A DNA stretch of 36,845 nucleotides, taken from assembly GCA_012026655.1 (NCBI GenBank), contig JAAILG010005517.1, positions 1-36,845 on the forward strand, in the 5' to 3' direction. The number at the start of each line of letters is the position of its first letter. The first letter of the stretch is position 1. The DNA comes from Hydrolagus affinis (taxonomy: Eukaryota). The notes below the pieces were generated by a model. The model saw only the letters and a program-made list of their open reading frames with translations. It was not told where the DNA came from and did no database searches. Positions 31,578-36,845 of the stretch are shown here, one piece after another. The translations under genes and the position numbers were made by a program.

Positions 31578-31679
31578 CAGCAGACAATCGTGACTTCCTC
31601 TCACGCATTCAACTTGGTGCTGCCAACACACTGAGGTGGCTACACTAATATAACAGGGAGGGCGGTGTACAGAGGCTGT

Positions 31680-32040
31680 GGAGTCCTGTAGTGCAGAGGT
31701 TGCAGTACTCGCCTTGCTCTCGAGTGGACCTGGCTTTGAATCCCAGGCGTTGGGAATCCTTAGGCATTGTTCCATAATCTGGAGGAGCATACAGCTTTGC
31801 TGAGCGGTTAGTAAAAACTCAGTAAACCTTCTTGTTCTGCCCAGAACATTCTTGTTAGTCCATGGGTGAATCGCTTTCCCTGGGTTTATATTCCGTTAAA
31901 TAAACACAATAACATAAATGTAATCACTCTACCGACGAATGTTTTGGGACACTGCTTTTCCCACACGCACTGTCAAGACACATTACAGGAAATTATGCGA
32001 AACACGTTGAGACGTGAGAAAAATGTCGCTTAATCAAATC
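31680..32040 (+). mobile_element. Decayed tRNA-headed SINE
   Basis: gtcctgtagtgcagaggtt...tttgaatccc...gaatcgctttcc...tttgggacactgc...ttgagacgtgag. Confidence 0.6.
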
Positions 32041-32927
32041 CAACGATATTTTAAAAATATTGTTGCAGTACCATATAACAATAATCAAACTACCTTTATA
32101 TTTTATATTTTATTTTCCAATTAATACACTCAGAAACGACTTAAATGCTGTGTATGATATATTAGATTCTTGACTGATGTATTGAGCTGGCACTCCAGTG
32201 CAAGTCTGGGGGTGTCTAGAAATGTCAGAGAAGCTGTCTTTGTGTTGAACTACCAAATAGAGGTCCAGTCGGTTTGTAACAAAGGTCGGTAATGATCCCA
32301 TGTACCTGCTAGAGCAATACCAGGGTTTCTCCTGATGATTAGGCAGACGATCCATCAGCACAATTGTTTGTTCACTTCACAGATGATTGAGGGAACATTG
32401 TTTTAAATAAATTAGCCGATGACGTTGCCAAACACAGAATCTCTGCCCTCGAGAGAAAAGCCTGTGTGGACCTACAGGAATCTTCCATGAATTGATTTGA
32501 TAAGGATGTATGCAAAATGATGTTAAACCTAAATAACTGCTTGAAGGCATATTTCTTCCGATAGTGAATTCCCTTAGAAACTTATAATAATTATGTTAAC
32601 AACAGTAACAGCTGTATTTGACTGAATTCGATGTAGACAGATTATTTCATTCACCTGATTCAAAGTGATTGAACGAATATACTGCAAAGTGCTGTAACTT
32701 ACTATCTTGTGGGCTTCATGAACGCTGTTGGTCGCCGATTGGGGAATGAATGTCTTACCAGCAAATATACAGGAAATGAGACGTCAGTGGAGGCGTCACC
32801 GAGAGTATAGTTATAACCAACACAGTTAGCGGCACTCGATAAACATGCATGAACGTTTATCAGCAGTCAGCTGGTGTCTACTTGCGTTTCACCTGAAGTT
32901 TCTAATATGAATCGACGAGGATTGAGA

Positions 32928-33371
32928 ATGAAACTAAGTTACCAAGCAACGTGTATTATTTAAAATTGCATGCTGTCGCTCTTCTGTAAGTAGAGTGCGA
33001 GTTTGCAAAAGACATCTTTGTTTCCTCTTAAACAATTATAAGTTTTGTTGGAGATATTTTCCGAATGTCTTTCCAAGAATGTTCGTGTCTATTCCCCTGG
33101 TATCTTGGCTGAAAGAGAAGTGTCACAGAGACCTCAGTTGCTGACAGGGAATGAAAATGGAAATGTATATATAGAGTGCAACACCACGTTGTACAACTCA
33201 ACTTTTCTATGGTACAAACATTATGGAAACGGCTCCATCCATTTGCTGTTGAAGGGAAGCAGAGTGATCAAGATGGTGTAGAGGATAAGTGCTTTGGCTG
33301 ATACAAAGGAGAAGAACAATCAGAGACGTGCGAGTGACAGACAAAACCACTTACTTCTGTGCAGCAGAGAA
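32928..33371 (+). pseudogene. TRAV: TCR alpha/delta V segment V6 (family A), multiply disabled pseudogene
   Basis: Leader 32928-32985 has TAA at 32961-32963. The acceptor is mutated to TG (33098-33099). The V exon 33100-33371 has TAG at 33279-33281 and an 11-nt deletion in FR3 relative to V3, and ends ..TYFCAAE. Confidence 0.9.
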
Positions 33372-33410
33372 CACAGTGCTGCGTGTCTGAGAGGAGCCTA
33401 TACACAAAGA
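33372..33410 (+). other. 23-RSS of V6
   Basis: CACAGTG + 23 bp + ACACAAAGA. Confidence 0.85.
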
Positions 33411-33994
33411 TACTGCTGTATGTTACTGTAGCTCACAGGATATATCACTCGCCTTTTCAATCCATGAGCGTTTGTGGAAAACTGCTGCGTGCAATTGGCT
33501 GTCACATACAGCTGGCACCATATACAGTTACCTCACTACACAGAAGAACAAGTAAAGTGCTTTGTTATGTCTTAAAGACTTCACAAATTGCTACACATTA
33601 TTCAAGTGTGATTACCATTCTTTCTGTGCCGAGCAGTAAGTTGGATCCCGGTTGACAGAGGTTTGGTGGAGCGCATTCCAGCGTATAATAATCCGTTAAA
33701 CAGAAAATAGTGCCTCGATCAATCACTGTTTCTGAGTCAATTCTTTAAGTAAGTCTCTGTCACACAATGCAATAACATTACACTTTACAGCATATCATTT
33801 GATGCATTTGGAGGTGTTTTGAAGACAGGATACTGTGCTATATCAAAATGAAGGATTATCGCAACACACAGCTTCATGTAGAATTTCACAACTATTTCGA
33901 TGGATTTCCCAATGTTTCAGACCAACAGTTTACAAATATGATATGTTTTATGTGAAGCCCAGTTCATTTAAATAAATTAAATTAACGAGACTGA

Positions 33995-34460
33995 TACCAG
34001 GAATGGGTAACGTTAGCTATGAGGACAGGTTTGAGAAGTTAGGACATTTCCCATTAGAGCAGATAAGGTTATGCGGGGACTTGATGGGGGTCTTCAAGAT
34101 TATGATAGGTTTCGACAGGCTACATAGGGAAAAACTGTGTCCGCTGGTAGGTGTGTCAGCGACCCATCGTCACAATCTTAAGATATCTACAAAAAGAAGC
34201 AGAGGGGAGCTGGTTGCAATTTTTTTTTTACTCAGCGAGTTGTTCGAATTTGGAGTTATCTGCCTCAAAGGGTAGTGAGGTCCGATTCGATAGCAGCTTT
34301 TAAGCAGGAACTAGATAGGTATCTGGGGAAGACGTGGTTGCAGGGCTGTGGGGATAAAGCTGGTGATTGGTGTTAATGAAAGTGACTTGCGCGGTCAAAG
34401 AGCCGGTTGAATGGGCCGAATGGCCTCCTTCCTTGCCGTAACATTCTATGATTCTATGAT
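33995..34460 (+). mobile_element. CR1 LINE 3' end with terminal (ATTCTATG)n
   Basis: ORF 34003-34275 (SYEDRFEKLGHFPLEQIRLCGDLMGVFKIM.GFDR). The 3' UTR has gggccgaatggcctcct and ends attctatgattctatgat. Confidence 0.9.
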
Positions 34461-35503
34461 ATCTTGCAGGCATGAGTTATCCTAGAAAAAGGTGTGTTTA
34501 TTGCCCAAACTCCTGTAAACCAGAAGCCTGGAGAGGAAACCGGGCAGGAAGAAAACTTTCAACCAACTGGGGCAGAGACGTCTGAGAAAATGATGACGCC
34601 ACGTGGCTTCTCCTCTTTGGCTTTGAAACACTCTCCATGGCTTGTTTCACCTCGATACCCAATTGCCAGCTGCCCCAGGAAATGTGAAGCCAACACACAT
34701 TAGGCCATTGTCTAGCCCCGTGTACATACTCAGTGGCTTCCACTGAATACCTCGGCCTATCTTGTGAGGTCACTAGTCGCTTCATAGACTACACTGTACA
34801 ATGTAGTGACTCGGTGATTTGCAGGCGAAAACAGGCAGCCAATTGTGCACAGCAATGTCACACAAACAGTGGTGGATTCAATTGCATATTCTATATGGGA
34901 TAATTAACAGTGGAAACCAACCAGATAAATTGATATATAGATAAACTGCTACTTATTAATGGGTAAACAGAAGTGGGAGGGTAGAGTAAGGAAAATTATC
35001 CAACATATCGCCCTACCTGGAGCAAACACAGGCACGTTGCCTGTGAGGCAACATGAAGCGCTCTGAGACTCCGTCCGGCGTGAAGTGTGCTACATAAATC
35101 GAAGCTGTTTTTTTTTCTTGTTAGTGGGGTGAGAATTGATACCATTAAGTTATAGGAATCCAGATAGAACAGATAAGTGAATAACGTGTATGTGTTTGGA
35201 CGATTAGTAACAGGATTATTGGTGTAAGTTGCTACACGTGTCAGACACATTGTTGATCAAACACATGTCAGGGTTGGAGGAGAACCAATGGAGGAGCGAG
35301 ATGGTAGAGCAGAGTAAATGACGCTGAATGACACTGACAAATGTGGTTATACATAAACCTCAGACCAGCTCCCTCACAGTGTATGGCAACTTCTGTCTGT
35401 CATTCACTGTTCAGCACTCCTCAAGAGGCCTTTCTGCCTCCTAGACAACATACTCCAACTACACTATCAACGCTCTCACTGCAAACAGTGCAATTAAATA
35501 CAC

Positions 35504-36213
35504 ATGGCAATGTGTATCTATGTGGCAGCAGCCATCATCACCTTGTCAGGTAACCATTCTATCTTTATTTGTTTCCAAAATTATTATTCAATGCCTATGC
35601 TTTATCGCTAACGATACATAATAATACAGAAAGAGATTGAAGAGTTGGAGTGTCCATTTTTTCATTGTTTATAACACTGGCTTCACAGCCGAGTGAATCG
35701 TGCTGTATCTCACAATCCGAGAGGATTCCCTGACAGGACAGGCCGAAACATTACACTAACTATATTGTTTTTTGCTAATACTATTCTGTGAATTGAATGG
35801 AGACGTATCAACGATTTAATAAAGCGCCGTACGAAACACTGATTGGAATTGTTGCTGTTGTAATGAATGTAATGAATGATGATGTGTTTCTGTTTTCTAG
35901 GGCTTTGTGCAGGAGATTCTGTGACACAGCTCCAATCTACTGTGACAGTGAGTGAAGGAGAATATGCCTATCTGCTGTGTAATTATACAGCTACAAGCGG
36001 CGGCAATCCATACATATCCTGGTACCGTCACTATACCAACACAGCTCCAGAATATATCCTTAAGTTACTCATCAGCAGCAACAAGGAATATCCTGCAGAA
36101 TTTGCAAAAGAACGTTTCTCAACTAATTTGGATAAAGCGCGGCAAACCGTGCCATTGAATATATCCCTAGTGACAGTGACAGACTCTGCTGTGTATTACT
36201 GTGCGCAGAGCAC
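35504..36213 (+). CDS. TRAV: TCR alpha/delta V segment V7 (family C), open reading frame
   Basis: Leader 35504-35549 (MAMCIYVAAAIITLS | GTAACC). V exon 35901-36213 reads LCAGDSVTQLQSTVTVSEGE...LLCNY...ISWYRH...ERFS...TVPLNISLVTVTDSAVYYCAQS. Confidence 0.93.
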
Positions 36214-36252
36214 CACAGAGGCACAGATCAGTGTTCCTGCCGTACAAATACC
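36214..36252 (+). other. 23-RSS of V7
   Basis: CACAGAG + 23 bp + ACAAATACC. Confidence 0.9.
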
Positions 36253-36261
36253 CACATGCTG

Positions 36262-36480
36262 AGGCCTGCAGCTCAGTGGTTAGAGCATTCGCTTTGCAAG
36301 CGAGAGCACCTGGGTTCCATTCATTGCCCAGCAAACCGTTCTGTACTGTACACAAACCTTCTTTATTTTACCCACACGCCTCTGTTTGCGTAGCGGTAAA
36401 TAGTAACCTGCTTAATAATTCTCAGAGTTCATTATGCCTTAATAATCATCCCTTATGCGCGGGGTTGAATTGCCTGCTCC
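36262..36480 (+). mobile_element. tRNA-headed SINE (5' part)
   Basis: ggcctgcagctcagtggttagagcattcgctttgcaagcgagag...cctgggttcc...cccacacgcctctgttt. Confidence 0.75.
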
Positions 36481-36845
36481 TGTTCTCATTAATCCTATTT
36501 CGTGCGGGGCCGTGCTCTACAGTAAATAACCGTGACGGAGCTTGGTCCAGAACTGTTTGGTGACAAGAGGAACTGTAATTTAGGTTCATTGTCAGTGCGA
36601 ATGTGAGGAGAGATATGTGGGTCTGAGTGTTGGTTTGGCAAGAGGGATGGATTTAGTCAGAAATTTGCAAAGCATAGGGCCCAGTTTTATTCAGTTACAA
36701 AAAACATGCATAGCTTCAAGGCTTGCTGTATCTATTACTGTAGCATGACTGTGACACGGAAACACATTGAAGTTCAATGCTCTGCGTTCTGTCCGAAATA
36801 TGAGATTCAGAATTTTCTCATTATAAGGCGTGGATTACTGATTAA

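Noticed and set aside
32120-32350. Minus-strand peptide with PT...NRLDL resembling a LINE endonuclease
   Set aside because: Too degenerate to support a call.
22513-36252. Possibility that the V segments are Ig VH, IgL or NAR-TCR components
   Set aside because: Sequences end in TCR-alpha/delta-like CAES/CAME/CALS/CALE/CAQS, and no octamer was seen in the proximal promoters inspected. All seven have their own leader exon, unlike leaderless NAR-TCR supporting V segments. Alpha versus delta usage cannot be decided from V alone.
36263-36335. tRNA-Ala(TGC)-like sequence
   Set aside because: The D-arm and anticodon arm are present, but the acceptor and T stems do not pair, and it runs into SINE body sequence. 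It is a SINE head, not a tRNA gene.

Overview
Vertebrate genomic DNA, inferred to be from a cartilaginous fish because of the dense CR1 and L2 LINE remnants and tRNA-headed, L2-tailed SINEs; the species is not established. There are four N-gaps. Two systems sit side by side on the + strand. (1) 5047-17019 is a gene for a leukocyte-receptor-complex (LRC/LILR/GP6/FCAR/NCR1)-type activating Ig receptor, which the ORF track shows only in fragments. It has a split signal peptide (25-nt exon plus 36-nt mini-exon, the latter with an in-frame TAG in this assembly) and four phase-1 C2 Ig exons. Three Ig exons are open and exactly 285 nt; one is destroyed by a retroposon-tail insertion. The final TM exon has the NxxR activating motif and a short tail without ITIM. 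(2) 22513-36252 is an array of seven T-cell receptor alpha/delta-type V gene segments in four families. Each has a leader exon and a 23-bp-spacer RSS; three are apparently intact and four are pseudogenes. The sequence linking the receptor's 3' exons to the first V segment is gap-free. It contains a tandem pair of predicted CTCF sites with the upstream motif, pointing into the V array. No D, J or C segments, RNA genes or CRISPR arrays were found. All calls come from manual reading; no database search was run.
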